A DNA stretch of 64,000 nucleotides from positions 451,001 through 515,000 of the forward strand of contig OZ025703.1 of NCBI GenBank assembly GCA_964019335.1. Reading direction: 5' to 3'. Positions within the stretch are counted from its first letter, which is position 1; every line of letters begins with the position of its first letter. The DNA comes from Diplonema japonicum. Its lineage: Eukaryota; Protista; Euglenozoa: Diplonemea. A program made the position numbers and the translations under genes. Below the pieces are notes generated by a model that was not told the DNA's origin, did not search any database, and saw only the letters and a list, made by a program, of their open reading frames with translations. Positions 1-10,801 of the stretch are shown here, piece by piece.

Positions 1-1732
1 TCCTGTGTCATGGATGCGGCCGCAGCAGTTCATGAAGTCCCCGGTGCTGTTCAAGTCCAGCCCGCAGAGCGGCAACATAATCATGGGAGGTCTGGGTGAC
101 TGCTTCTTCATTGATGCAGTGTCAGCACTTGTGGACGCCGGTGCTGGTAACGACGGGTACCTCATCAAGAGGCTGCTGACGCCCCCGCTGAACGACGCCG
201 CGCTGCAAAAGGAGCAAAGCTTAGGCATCTACAGGATATCGCTGTGCATGAACGGGTGGTGGAACTGGCACGTTGTAGACAGCTGTCTTCCAATGGAAGA
301 CGGACTGCACACCAAGCTTGCATACGCAAGGTGCAAGGACCCCGACGAGCTGTGGTTGGCGATACTGCAAAAGGCATACGCAAAAAGCCACGGGACCTAC
401 CATGACATCATCCATGGCAACGTGGCACATGTGCTTGCCGATCTGTCGGGGTTTCCAACGGAGGTCATCGATTGGCAGCAGGATCACTTGTTCGACATCC
501 TCATCCAGCACTTCAAGGAGGGGCACCCGCTGCTGCTCACCTCCACGTCGATGGACATCACTACGGTATGCATTGTTTATCCTCCACCCATAAACCTCCT
601 GCAGACTGTGGAAGAAGTGGACCGCTTCAAGGAAGCGGGCATCATGCCTGGCAGGGTGCACGCTGTGTTGGATATTCGGTATTTCGAAGACAAGGATTTG
701 AGCTTGATCAAGGTGCAGAACACAATAGGGGAAAGCTCTGTGTGGAACGGCGACTGGGCGAATGATGCACCTGCGTGGGGCGACGCACCTGAGGTGGCTG
801 AGGCGTGTGACAGGACAGACGAGAAAGCGATCTGGATGAGCTTCCGCGAGTGCAGATCTTACTTCGACAACGTTGGTGCATTGCTTGTGACACATAACTG
901 GTGGGATCTTCGGTTCAAAACAGGCTTCTACGACTCACGCCCGGCGCACTCCTTTGTATTCACTGTATTCAAGGACACAGATGCCTTGGTGTCTGTGGTG
1001 CAGTCTGATCACGAGAAGCACATTAACACACACGCAGCCATCCGCGTAGAGGTCATCGAGAGGACGGCAAAGGGGCGATGGGAGACTGTCGTCGAATCCG
1101 ACGCGAGGTTCACGCGAGGCAGGGACGTACACACGTCGTTCTTTTCATTCCGTGCTGGATGCGTCTACAGCGTCCTTCTGCACCAGTGGTCCAAGGAGGA
1201 GAATGCGTATTGCAGGAACAAGAAAGATGTTGTGCTAAGGGTGGCGACGAAAGAGCGGAACTTCGGTGTCCTAAAGGTCGTAGAAATGACGCGAGAGATG
1301 ACGGAATGCCTCCATTACGAAGGCTACCCCGGGTTCAGCCCCTCGTCAGGACAGCCTGTTTATGTCGATGCACAGGAAGATGCTGTGGACTGTGAGTCTC
1401 GGGTCATCATGCCGGAGGAGATCACATCCACCTTGCCAGCGGACGCACTGGACACTACATCACTCACAGGCAGTGCCGTGGACTCTGATGATGATGAGGG
1501 CATAAGTATCGTGTCGCAGGAGAGGGAGATTGCCGCCGACCCCCACGTCACCGCGTCACGCCTTAGGATGCACATCGGCACTGTGGTATGCTCTGCACTA
1601 ATATACTTCCCAAATTTCCCACAGTTGGAGAACCTGCACCCCGACGACAGAGAGCTCCTGTGCGGTATTGCCGACAACCTAGAGCGAGGGGAGGGCGCCA
1701 TGCAGAACTGGGTGGGGAAGCTGTATCGATAG
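1..1732 (+). CDS. Calpain-like (CysPc) protein, 5'-truncated by the window edge, probably catalytically degenerate
   Basis: MGGLGDCFF (QGxLGDCW-like), WLAILQKAYAKSHGTY, WNGDWAND, IWMSFRE calpain motifs. His motif reads GRVHAVL and Asn motif reads QNTIG. Predicted 39-nt GTATG..CAG introns at 566-604 and 1586-1624. Confidence 0.85.
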   Translation, partial: PVSWMRPQQFMKSPVLFKSSPQSGNIIMGGLGDCFFIDAVSALVDAGAGNDGYLIKRLLTPPLNDAALQKEQSLGIYRISLCMNGWWNWHVVDSCLPMEDGLHTKLAYARCKDPDELWLAILQKAYAKSHGTYHDIIHGNVAHVLADLSGFPTEVIDWQQDHLFDILIQHFKEGHPLLLTSTSMDITTVCIVYPPPINLLQTVEEVDRFKEAGIMPGRVHAVLDIRYFEDKDLSLIKVQNTIGESSVWNGDWANDAPAWGDAPEVAEACDRTDEKAIWMSFRECRSYFDNVGALLVTHNWWDLRFKTGFYDSRPAHSFVFTVFKDTDALVSVVQSDHEKHINTHAAIRVEVIERTAKGRWETVVESDARFTRGRDVHTSFFSFRAGCVYSVLLHQWSKEENAYCRNKKDVVLRVATKERNFGVLKVVEMTREMTECLHYEGYPGFSPSSGQPVYVDAQEDAVDCESRVIMPEEITSTLPADALDTTSLTGSAVDSDDDEGISIVSQEREIAADPHVTASRLRMHIGTVVCSALIYFPNFPQLENLHPDDRELLCGIADNLERGEGAMQNWVGKLYR

Positions 1733-1820
1733 AGATGTCATATTAACCAACGCTAGATAATATGTTAGACATGTAATTCAATTGCAAGCATGTTCACCTG
1801 ACTTAAGCATTACAGGAAGG

Positions 1821-3924
1821 ATGTCGGAAGAGCTGTCAGAAAGCGGGGCGCCCACCGTGTCAGGCACGGCCACTACGTCGCCTGCCGTGTCGCACTTGAC
1901 ATCGATAAGTGAGAAGCATAACTCGATGGTGCTTGGCGGGCGGACACGAAGCTACATAGAGCTTAGCGAGAGGTACCAGATGCTGGTGAAGGAGCACAGC
2001 AATGATGACAAAAGCAAGCAGATAGAATCTCTTAAACAGAGAAATGAGGTGCTAGAGCAGCAGCATGGTCAGGTCCAAGACATCGAAGAGCAGCTGTCCA
2101 AGCAATACCAAGCCAACACCGCATTGCTCGCGACCCGCGAAGACGAAAGTCGGCGTGCTTTGAAGGTGTGTTCTAAAACAAAGACTGCCCTCCGACACTC
2201 ACAGGTGCAAGAGGACCACTCGTTCTTTTCTGTCTGCCAAAGCCTCAGCAGTGCCAAGAAATCCGACGTTGACCTGCAGACAGTTAAAGTGGACATCACT
2301 AGGACCAGGGTATGCAAGACTCATCCCTCACACCCTTCAGGAATTGCTCGATGAAGCACGCCGCCGGGAAGCAGCAGCATTGCAAACAGTGCGCCAAATG
2401 GAAGCGGACCGCGAGCTGCAACAAGAAAAACTAAACGATGCAAAACGAGAAAGCCACGATCTCAGGAGGCAGGTAACGACAATGGAACGCAAGGGTGTTA
2501 CGATGGAAGGCCTGGAGAAGGTAGAGAAGCAGGAAACAGAGGCGGAAATGCGACGGCTTCGAGCACAGGTTGAGGAGATGAAAGGCGAGAAAGAACTGCT
2601 TGCGTTGGAGCGTGCAGGGCTTCTCAGAGAAAAGGAAGCGCTCCTTGAGATACAAGGTCACAACAACGAGCTGGAGAGCATCGTGCAGAGCTACAAGACA
2701 TCGCATGCGGCGATGCAGAGTGAGTTCAATCACATGCAGAAGCTTGTGGCTGAGTTGCAGCAAGAGCTGGATCAACGCAACTCACGCCTCTCCGCGTACG
2801 AGAAGGAAGACCGTCAGTTTAAGTCGGACGGCGGCCATGTGGCGGTAGGACTTAGGGAAGAAATAGCACTCCTTGAACAAAAGCTTCGTGAATCGCATGG
2901 TGACACAGAGACCCGTCTGCAGGCAGACATGGAGGCCATGCTGAATATGCAGAATGCGGCGATGGAAAGGGACAACCTGCTGCTTAAAATGCGCGAAGAC
3001 TACAAAGCGCTCCAAGCTACGAACGATGCTCTCGTGCAAGATAAAGAAATCGTCATGTCGAAATTGGTGGCTGAGAGACAAGTGTCGGAGGATCTGCGCA
3101 ACACAGGGCGCTCAAGCAAGTACGCCCTGCAGTACCCCTCTACAGGTCTCGTGTCAGCAAGCACGCAAACGGACCCTCCAATCGTGCAAGAAAAGCGCAA
3201 CTCGAGAATCAGTGACATGGGGAGCTCTGCCACTGCAATGAGTGTCGAGGAGCTGAAGAGGAACATAGCCAGTTCACAAAGCTCGCTGCTAGAACTCCAG
3301 CATGAGGCTGAAGAGAAGGCCGTCGATCTGAACGCAATGAAGAGCGTGCTGCACACGAAGCTTCACAACGCGATCGAGGAGCTGGACAGCACCATGACAC
3401 CAACCTTTGCAGTGAATGCAAGTGCTTTGGGCATAGGGTACAGCTCCCACAGCGAAAACAGATCGCCTAGGAGGTCTCCGCGCGGGGTGGGGCAGAGGTT
3501 AGGGTCACTGATGCTCAGCACCAGTTTCACTCCTGAGAAGAAGACAGCTGTGACCCCACTGGACGTCACGAAATCGTACAAGAAAACAGAGGATGACTTG
3601 CAGTCTTTGCGGCAGAAGGTTTCAAACCTTAAGCTCCTGCAACAGCAGCTGGACCAAGGTGCGAAACTCATGTCGCAGCCTGTGACTGCGCCTGTGCAAA
3701 CCCCCGCGTCCCCATACAGATCGGAAGCATCGCCTTACGCCAGCACCGCTATTGCTACGGAGGTGGTTCATTACGACCGCAGCGCTTCCCAACACCCTTC
3801 TGAGTGGTCCCCGAGATCACACGGATCACCCATACCGGCACCTCCCAACCCCATGCACAGCAGTGAACCGTCTCATGCCATCATGCAGCGGTTGCTGAGC
3901 TGTGCTTCGCACGACACACATTAG
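1821..3924 (+). CDS. Coiled-coil protein of unknown function
   Basis: ORFs 1782 and 2251 are joined in frame by a 31-nt intron 2310-2340; a further in-frame intron at 2166-2204. E/Q/K/L heptad-rich with an S/P-rich tail. Confidence 0.75.
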
Positions 3925-4010
3925 AAAACCTTAGAGTATTAGCACCTTGTATTTCTTTTAGAAAGGCTTTTTTTTTCTCCTCATCATGTTCCTCGACAAG
4001 ACTTAAACGA

Positions 4011-7000
4011 ATGTGGAAAAGTAAAAAGAAGCGGCCAAGATGCAGTGTAGGGGTGGTGGTAGAAGTTGACTGGAAAGAAGACGACGTGCTGCGGGTGGTT
4101 GAGAGCATCGGTGCTTATGGAGAAGGACGAACATACAGGTTCAAGGTTGTAGTGCCGGTCTTGATGCAAGCGGGCAGTGTTGAGGCACGGCTGCGTGTGC
4201 TGCTCACATCCAGGTTCAAAGGCTGCCGGCTTAAAGTCGTCTATGCATCAATCCCTTACTACTTCGAGGGCAACACTGTGGAGTATGATTATATGTCGGA
4301 GGTCATGCAGAATGAGTACGTGTACACCACCAACGAAGGGCTACTTGCACAGAAGCAGGGGACTACCATAATCCCTATCCGGCAGTCTGGACACGAAGCA
4401 CTGGAAATGGCACAAAGCGCAGCTGCAGAGAGGGCTGTACAGTCACGCATCGAGACATGCCCAAACCTCCCTTTGACACCTCATCTGATGACGATTGTCA
4501 GGAGGTTGAACCATGAACAGGTGGTAGGAGTGGAGGCAGGGACTGGTTCCGGGAAGAGCACGTTGATACCATTTGCACTGCTTGTGTGGTGCAAGGAATT
4601 CTACAAAGAGCATCGCATAGTGGTTGCGATGCCTCGCAGGATGACCGTTTTGAACGTATACAACACGATGACCGCCTTCGTGGACGATGTGGGGTACAAG
4701 ATTGGGGGTGCGGAGGTGAACCCTGAGGCACAGCTGCTTTACGTCACCACAGGGCACTTGCTGAAGCAACTCATCAGTTCACACAGCATCCCCTATCGCT
4801 ACATTGTCCTTGATGAGTGCCATCTAAAAACGGCTGAGCTGGATTTGCTATGTGCTGTCCTGCAGCGTCTTCACCCCCCGCGCGTGCTCCTCATGTCAGC
4901 CACCTTCCCAGAGAGACCACGACTGGAGCTGACGTCTGCCCTCATCACAGCTCACGCGCAGCCTTTTCCCGTCACAGTGCACTACTTGCAAGATATTCCA
5001 CACATAGTGTCGCCTGCTAATATTCCCAGCGACGTCAGGGCGAGAGGCAATACTCTTCTGGTGCTCCTGAAGACGCTCTGCACCGAACGTGTGCAACACG
5101 ATGAAAACAGTTGTATTTTAGTATTTGTATACGGCATGCAGCCCATGGACGAGGTGGAGGGACTGCTCGGTGCAGAGAACGAGGTGGAGTGCATAAGACT
5201 GCATTCCCTGCTGCCAGGAAATTACTCAAAAGCCGTGTCGGCCCAGAAAGTAAAGGTGCGCGTGATCGTGTCAACAAACACAGCTGAGCTGGGCGTGACA
5301 CTTGGGGCTGTTGATGTGGTTGTTGACAGTTGTTTGGAACGCACCGGACAGAATATGAGTGTGGGGTGCATCACAAAACAGTCAGCTGTGCAACGCAGTG
5401 GACGGGTGGGCAGGTGCTCCCCTGGCACTGTGTACAGGCTCATTACAAATGAGGAGCACCAACATCTCCGAGACGAAGCGGAACCAGAACTGGAGCAAAC
5501 AGTCTCGGAGAGCGTTGTGTTGGACGTGCTGACCTTCGCCGTTGATGAAGACGGTAACGGGACGAGCGTCTTGTCGATGGTTCCTGGGATTGAGTCGCAC
5601 CCACACTTCCAGAACTCGCTTAGTAACCTGGAGACGTATAAAGCTGTGATGCGATCGTCTGAGGGCAGAGGGTACAAGTATACTATCACCGACAGGGGTG
5701 TACTCATGCAGCAGCTGCCCCTTGACCCCGTAATGTCGTATTTTGTATTGCAAGGTGCATCCTGTGGCATGCTGTCTGTGGCAGTGGAAGCTGCTGTCGT
5801 TGTCACTTGTATGCACGTAAGGTATTCACAAGACGTATGCAAGGCAAGTGACAGTACGGGGTCTGATGTTGTGGCTGCGATAAACCTGTTCAGGGCATAC
5901 ACTGCAAATAGCCAGGTTCTGACCACGAAAGAGCTCACGGAGTGGTGCCACACACACGCTCTGAACCCGTCCAGTGCCCGGGAGACGTTCCTGAGATACG
6001 TTGACGTCTGCACTACGCTCAGCAACCATGACTACGACCAGTGCGGTCCGTGTGGCACAGCACCCCTTGCTTACGACGACATCCTATGCCTCAGCATGCT
6101 GTGGGCAATTGTGTTCAGCTCTGACATCGCTGTGTACATCCCTGCCAAGCTGGTATGCCGTGCATTGCGTTTTTACATTTACAGTCTGCAAGCCGCCGCT
6201 TCACGATCCCTGCTGGGTACCAAAGGAGATATACACTGGCAACTAAAAGCAAAACATCAAGGATTGAGATCGAGAAAGCCACGGAGTGCAAGGTTACCAA
6301 AATAGGGCAGCAAGGCAAAACACAATTCGTGGAGATGGAAGTCCGCACACCCCTGGTCTGGGGGAGGCCATACAGTGTGTGGATAGCAGAGAGGCTTGGT
6401 GTTGGGGAAACGGGTTTGAAGGGGAAGCTCAAGAGAATCATTTCGCCTGAAGGACGCAAGGTGCCTATGTTGGGACCTGTGCTCATCCCTGAAAGCGAGT
6501 TCGAGCCCCCTGAACACTGGCCGCCAAACGTCGCAGCCATGCAGGAGCACATGACACTGGTGCTTTCGAATTATGGTTCCTGTACCCTACCGTGCAGCAT
6601 CCCCGGGCTGCTCACCGTTGTTTTACTCCTCAGCCAGTCTTTTGTCGAACCTCGCACAGGGGTTTCTACAAGCGTTCCTGTTGCTGTCGCGGCGGAAGAC
6701 AGTATTGTAACGAAGGGGACTAATATCACAATTTCATGCTGCAGATTGACAGCAGCTTTCGGGCCGCGCTTCAAGGTATACACGTCATCTGGCAATGCAC
6801 AGCAATACAACAGCAACGCTTCAAGCAGGTTTTTGATGCGCTTGGCAGCATCCACCATACCACACAGCCCCTCATGCGCAACCTCTTGTCTACCATGCGC
6901 AAGGCTAGTGCAAGACCTGATGGTGGCATGCAGGGGTTTCACAGCCCTTACTCTGAGTGGCGACACGACGCCTCTATCACTGGCATGTTCCCCCCTTGTT

Positions 7001-7011
7001 TCACATGTTGA
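4011..7011 (+). CDS. DEAH/RHA-family RNA helicase
   Basis: Motifs AGTGSGKST, MPRR, DECH, MSAT, STNTAELGVT, QRSGRVGR. Intron 6153-6184 links to ORF 6155. The 3' end is uncertain: intron 6776-6813 gives a stop at 7011, otherwise the stop is at 7105. Confidence 0.85.
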
Positions 7012-7107
7012 ACGTTCGGAAGTCCCTTTCATCTTCTTACGAGTGAAAGGCGACTGTTATTTACTGCATGAGCTTCTTCTGCACAGTAACAATTCAAACC
7101 AGTAAAC

Positions 7108-8309
7108 ATGCCCGGCAGTGACGAAGAAGTGGTTGGAGAGGCTGTGCCGTCTGAGAAGGGTGAGGAAGTCGAGCCGCCTGTCGAAGAATGCCAGGAAGAG
7201 GAGGCCTTCAACGAGGAACATGTGGACCCCAGTGATGGGAACAGGGAAGGGGATGAAGAATATGCGACAGAAGCAGTTGAGAAGGAAGACATCTCAAGAG
7301 ACGAGCAGGATCGTGAACAAGATACACTCTCTCCAGGGGCTAGTTCAGATAAGGGAAGAAGCACACCTGAAGCTGTACCAGAAGACAGCCCTCCAATGCA
7401 AGATCCCATCCAGATGCAGGTGAAGGGGAAATTGAAAGAGATTGAAGGGAACATGAAAAGAATCAAAGCTGAGTCTCTGAGCACCCGACTGGTCACAACA
7501 CGCACGTGTATCTCTTACAAGCCTGTGCAGAAGATCCCTGTCATGGAAGATCGAGTGCTCCCGTACAGGAACATCGAACGGGTACCCCGCACCACAGACC
7601 GAAGTAAGACCTGTTCTGAGCACGTTGAGAAGCTGGAGGCGATCCTTGAGTTGATAGCAAAACAGAAGGATGAGAACAGGAAGCTCAAGGAAGAGCTTAC
7701 TGCAAGAAGGCTCCGCAGGGGGCTACCTGAGCACAGCCACTACTACATCAAGAACAATCCGAGAAGTGACACAAAGTCAGTAACTGACAACTCAAGGAAG
7801 GAAAGGGAACGATACGACTACGACAGAGACAGCGCTTCCAGGAGCGAAAAGCAATGGTTCGCACCACGGAAAAGAGAAAGAGACAGAGATGACAGGGAAA
7901 GGGACAGACGCAGAGAAAAAGAGAGTAGAAGTGGATACAAAGACAGAAACAGAAGGTCCGGAGAGAGGACAAGTGAGCGGTCTTTCCCCAATGAGGACAA
8001 GCGATGTAACCCGTACAGCGTGCTGTGCAAGGAGAGGAACTACGACAAGTATACCACCCGAAGTAGCAAGAACACAGCTCAGGACGAGCCTGTGCAGGAG
8101 GCATGGGGTGTCATTGAGAGCCTGCAGGGTAGATCTGCTCAAGAAAGCAACGCGCGCGCTACCATGACGAAGACCCGCAATGTGCTAGGCAGCAAGCATG
8201 ACGCAGTGTGGAGCACCCAGTATGTCGAGAAACAGGTATGCTTCTTCTGCCGTCAGCACCACCGCAGATGGACCGCGACATGCGGCACGGCATCGATGCT
8301 GATTTCTAA
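7108..8309 (+). CDS. Acidic N-terminus, coiled-coil and R/D/E-rich protein of unknown function
   Basis: ORF 7108; 32-nt intron 8236-8267 followed by MDRDMRHGIDADF-TAA. Confidence 0.7.
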
Positions 8310-8395
8310 GCACCACTTATTGTATTTACACATAACTTCCGTTACGTTATTCCATCTTTTTGTCCTCCACACTACACATTCACACCCAGGGCACG

Positions 8396-10132
8396 ATGGC
8401 TTTGGCCAATGATGGAGGGTTCAACTTCGAGAAGGTGGCGAAAGCAATCTCAGCCTTCCTACACTTGCAAGGCGGGCAGGTCGACGCCGGCGTCTTGATT
8501 AGCCAGGTACCGGAGATTAAGAACATGCTGTCTGGGAGGCGGCTTGTTCCGTTCCTGCAGAGGTTCCCCGAGAGGTTTGAGCTGACGACCCCTAAGGAGA
8601 ACGTGACGTTGGTAAAGGTAATACTTCCGGTGGAGGAATCAGCAGATGCTGCCGGAGAGCTGGTCTTTACGAAGGACGTCTATTACAACGACGAGCTCGC
8701 AGCTGGCATGATCAATGGCATCATATACTACATGGGCAAGCAGGGCACACCTGCAGCGCCATGTAGGTGGCTCTACGCACACAGAGCAATCCCGAGGAAC
8801 TTGAAGGGCTGGGCCCTCACACACCCTCACTCCGACTGGAACTATTACGCCAAGCCTGACCTAGGCGGCTTCAAGGACGAAGCTGCAGCCCGAACTGGGT
8901 CGCTTCTCGCATACATGAAGGGTTTTGTTGACCATAACAGCGCAACATTCAAATGGGTTGACAAGGAGAAGGGCATGGTGACGCTGCAAGAAGGAGTAAT
9001 GGCGCCCGAGAAAAAGAAGGAACCAGAGAAGATCAAAATGTCGCATGTGTCGGCTGCAACGATGCAGCCCGATGAGGTGCAAGACGGGTCGTACATGCTG
9101 GTCACGAGGATCAGTTCCAGGACAAGAGAGCTCAACAAACTGGAAATGCAGTTGATGTCCAGCTGGGCAGGGCTCCCTCAGCCTCCTAAGGAAGTAAAGG
9201 CCGGGCTGTTGTGCGTCCCGAAGACAGAAGAGAGTACGAAGTTCATCAACAACATCAGCGTGCTGACTTCGGTAAGAAGGTGCTGCAGTGTCATCTGCAG
9301 TGCGACAACTGAGGAGGCTTTCTTGCATAAACTGCAGCATAGCGTGGTTCCTTGTGGAACGTGTAGCGTGGCCTTTGAAGTGCACTACCCCGAGACAAAC
9401 TCTGCTACTCTGCCATTCCATGACGTCACTAGACAGGCGATGCTGATGAGCAAGGTAATGGGCATCTTGGGCACGGAGAAGGTCACCTCACATGACGATG
9501 GGGAACATAAGTTGGTGTTGATAGCACTGAAGGGGTTCTATATGCTCGGCTTGGATGGGTCGCGCTGCAGCGAAGTGCAGGCATGGAACTCACAGTGGGA
9601 GGGCAGGCCGTTCTTTTTCAGCGGGTCGATGGAGGCATCGGTCGCAAGCGGCATTGTTAGTGTCGCGAAACTTGCATACGGCATTGAAAGGAAGAAGGGC
9701 CTCCTTCCCGACAGTGTGCTGGATGCGTGTTGCGGGAGTGGTACACTTGCGACGGCAGCAGCCATCCAAGGCGTACCGAATGTGACGGGGTTTGAACTGC
9801 GAGAGGATTTTGTGCCCCGCATCAAGGAGAACCTTGTACACACAAAGATTACGAACGTGACTGTTCTGTGCCATGACTGCACCCTCCCCTCCCCTGTCGC
9901 CATTACCCCGTCCTTGGTTTTTTGCAACGCACCATGGGGAAAGAAGTTCGGCACGGAGCAAGACTGTGCCAAGGTGGTGCGAGGTGTTCTATCCCACTAC
10001 CTCGTCTCGAGCCTCATATGCTTCATCATCCCAGGTCGCGTCCTCAACATGATTAAGGAGGAGATCCCCATCACAGTACTGCACGCGGTCCCTCTCGGCA
10101 CTGTGAGCTTATTCATAGTCAAGGCAGCATAA
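8396..10132 (+). CDS. Class I SAM-dependent RNA amino-methyltransferase (Trm11/Trm14/THUMP-type)
   Basis: VLDACCGSGT motif I, GFE, and CNAPWG (NPPY-like motif IV). ATG lies 7 nt after a CAG acceptor that follows a pyrimidine tract. Confidence 0.75.
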   Translation: MALANDGGFNFEKVAKAISAFLHLQGGQVDAGVLISQVPEIKNMLSGRRLVPFLQRFPERFELTTPKENVTLVKVILPVEESADAAGELVFTKDVYYNDELAAGMINGIIYYMGKQGTPAAPCRWLYAHRAIPRNLKGWALTHPHSDWNYYAKPDLGGFKDEAAARTGSLLAYMKGFVDHNSATFKWVDKEKGMVTLQEGVMAPEKKKEPEKIKMSHVSAATMQPDEVQDGSYMLVTRISSRTRELNKLEMQLMSSWAGLPQPPKEVKAGLLCVPKTEESTKFINNISVLTSVRRCCSVICSATTEEAFLHKLQHSVVPCGTCSVAFEVHYPETNSATLPFHDVTRQAMLMSKVMGILGTEKVTSHDDGEHKLVLIALKGFYMLGLDGSRCSEVQAWNSQWEGRPFFFSGSMEASVASGIVSVAKLAYGIERKKGLLPDSVLDACCGSGTLATAAAIQGVPNVTGFELREDFVPRIKENLVHTKITNVTVLCHDCTLPSPVAITPSLVFCNAPWGKKFGTEQDCAKVVRGVLSHYLVSSLICFIIPGRVLNMIKEEIPITVLHAVPLGTVSLFIVKAA

Positions 10133-10231
10133 GGTGGCACGGTATCATTCTTATTAAAATAAATTCTTTTCGTGTTATGACAAAAGGCCACCGCCTGATT
10201 ATGCATTTTAGGTTTTTGTGGGAGGTTAAAA

Positions 10232-10621
10232 ATGACGAACAGGTATTTTTGCAGGAACCCTGATGAGGCTGTTGAGTCGCGTGTCATCGACGCTAAGGGG
10301 TGTGAACGCACTGTGTACACATACTTTGAATCTGACAAACTGTTCTCCGGGTTTGAATGGGTGGAGATTGGGGCTGAAGTCCCTTTGCACTGCCACGAGA
10401 CCTCTGAGGAAATCATCTTCTGTACACATGGTGAAGGACAGGCCGAGGTGGATGGTGTTACATCTGAGATGAGGCCAGGCACTATGATCCATATCCCCAT
10501 GGGTGTGATCCACAAGTTCGTGAACACCAGCAGCACTGAGCGCCTCGGTTTCACACTCACTCTGACCCCCCACACTCCTATCCGCAAGTTCATGGCCAAC
10601 AGCAACCAAAACGAAGAATAG
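10232..10621 (+). CDS. Cupin-domain protein
   Basis: PLHCHETSEE...GEG...PGTMIHIPMGVIHKFVN metal-binding cupin motifs; intronless. Confidence 0.85.
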   Translation: MTNRYFCRNPDEAVESRVIDAKGCERTVYTYFESDKLFSGFEWVEIGAEVPLHCHETSEEIIFCTHGEGQAEVDGVTSEMRPGTMIHIPMGVIHKFVNTSSTERLGFTLTLTPHTPIRKFMANSNQNEE

Positions 10622-10801
10622 AAATAAGATCCCGCTAGCTAGCTAGCTAGCTCGCTTGTGCGTGGGAATGTCCTGATGGATTATTCCGCATTACGAAACG
10701 AAAAAAAAAAGCTAAAAAAAGAAGAATAAGAAAATATACAAAGTTTGTCCTGTTTATGATGCTATTTGCTCTATTTAAGATACCCCACGCAGGTAGGTGG
10801 T

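Noticed and set aside
1745-1770. AACCAACGCTA resembling the start of a spliced-leader exon
   Set aside because: The match is only ~10 nt and lacks the conserved downstream TTTCTGTACT segment and donor site.
7012-7108. Helicase stop only 2 nt from the next ATG (translational coupling)
   Set aside because: A plausible intron at 6776-6813 moves the stop to 7011, giving a typical 96-nt spacer; unresolved without cDNA.
10634-10652. (GCTA)n self-complementary microsatellite
   Set aside because: Only about 4 units; too short to interpret.
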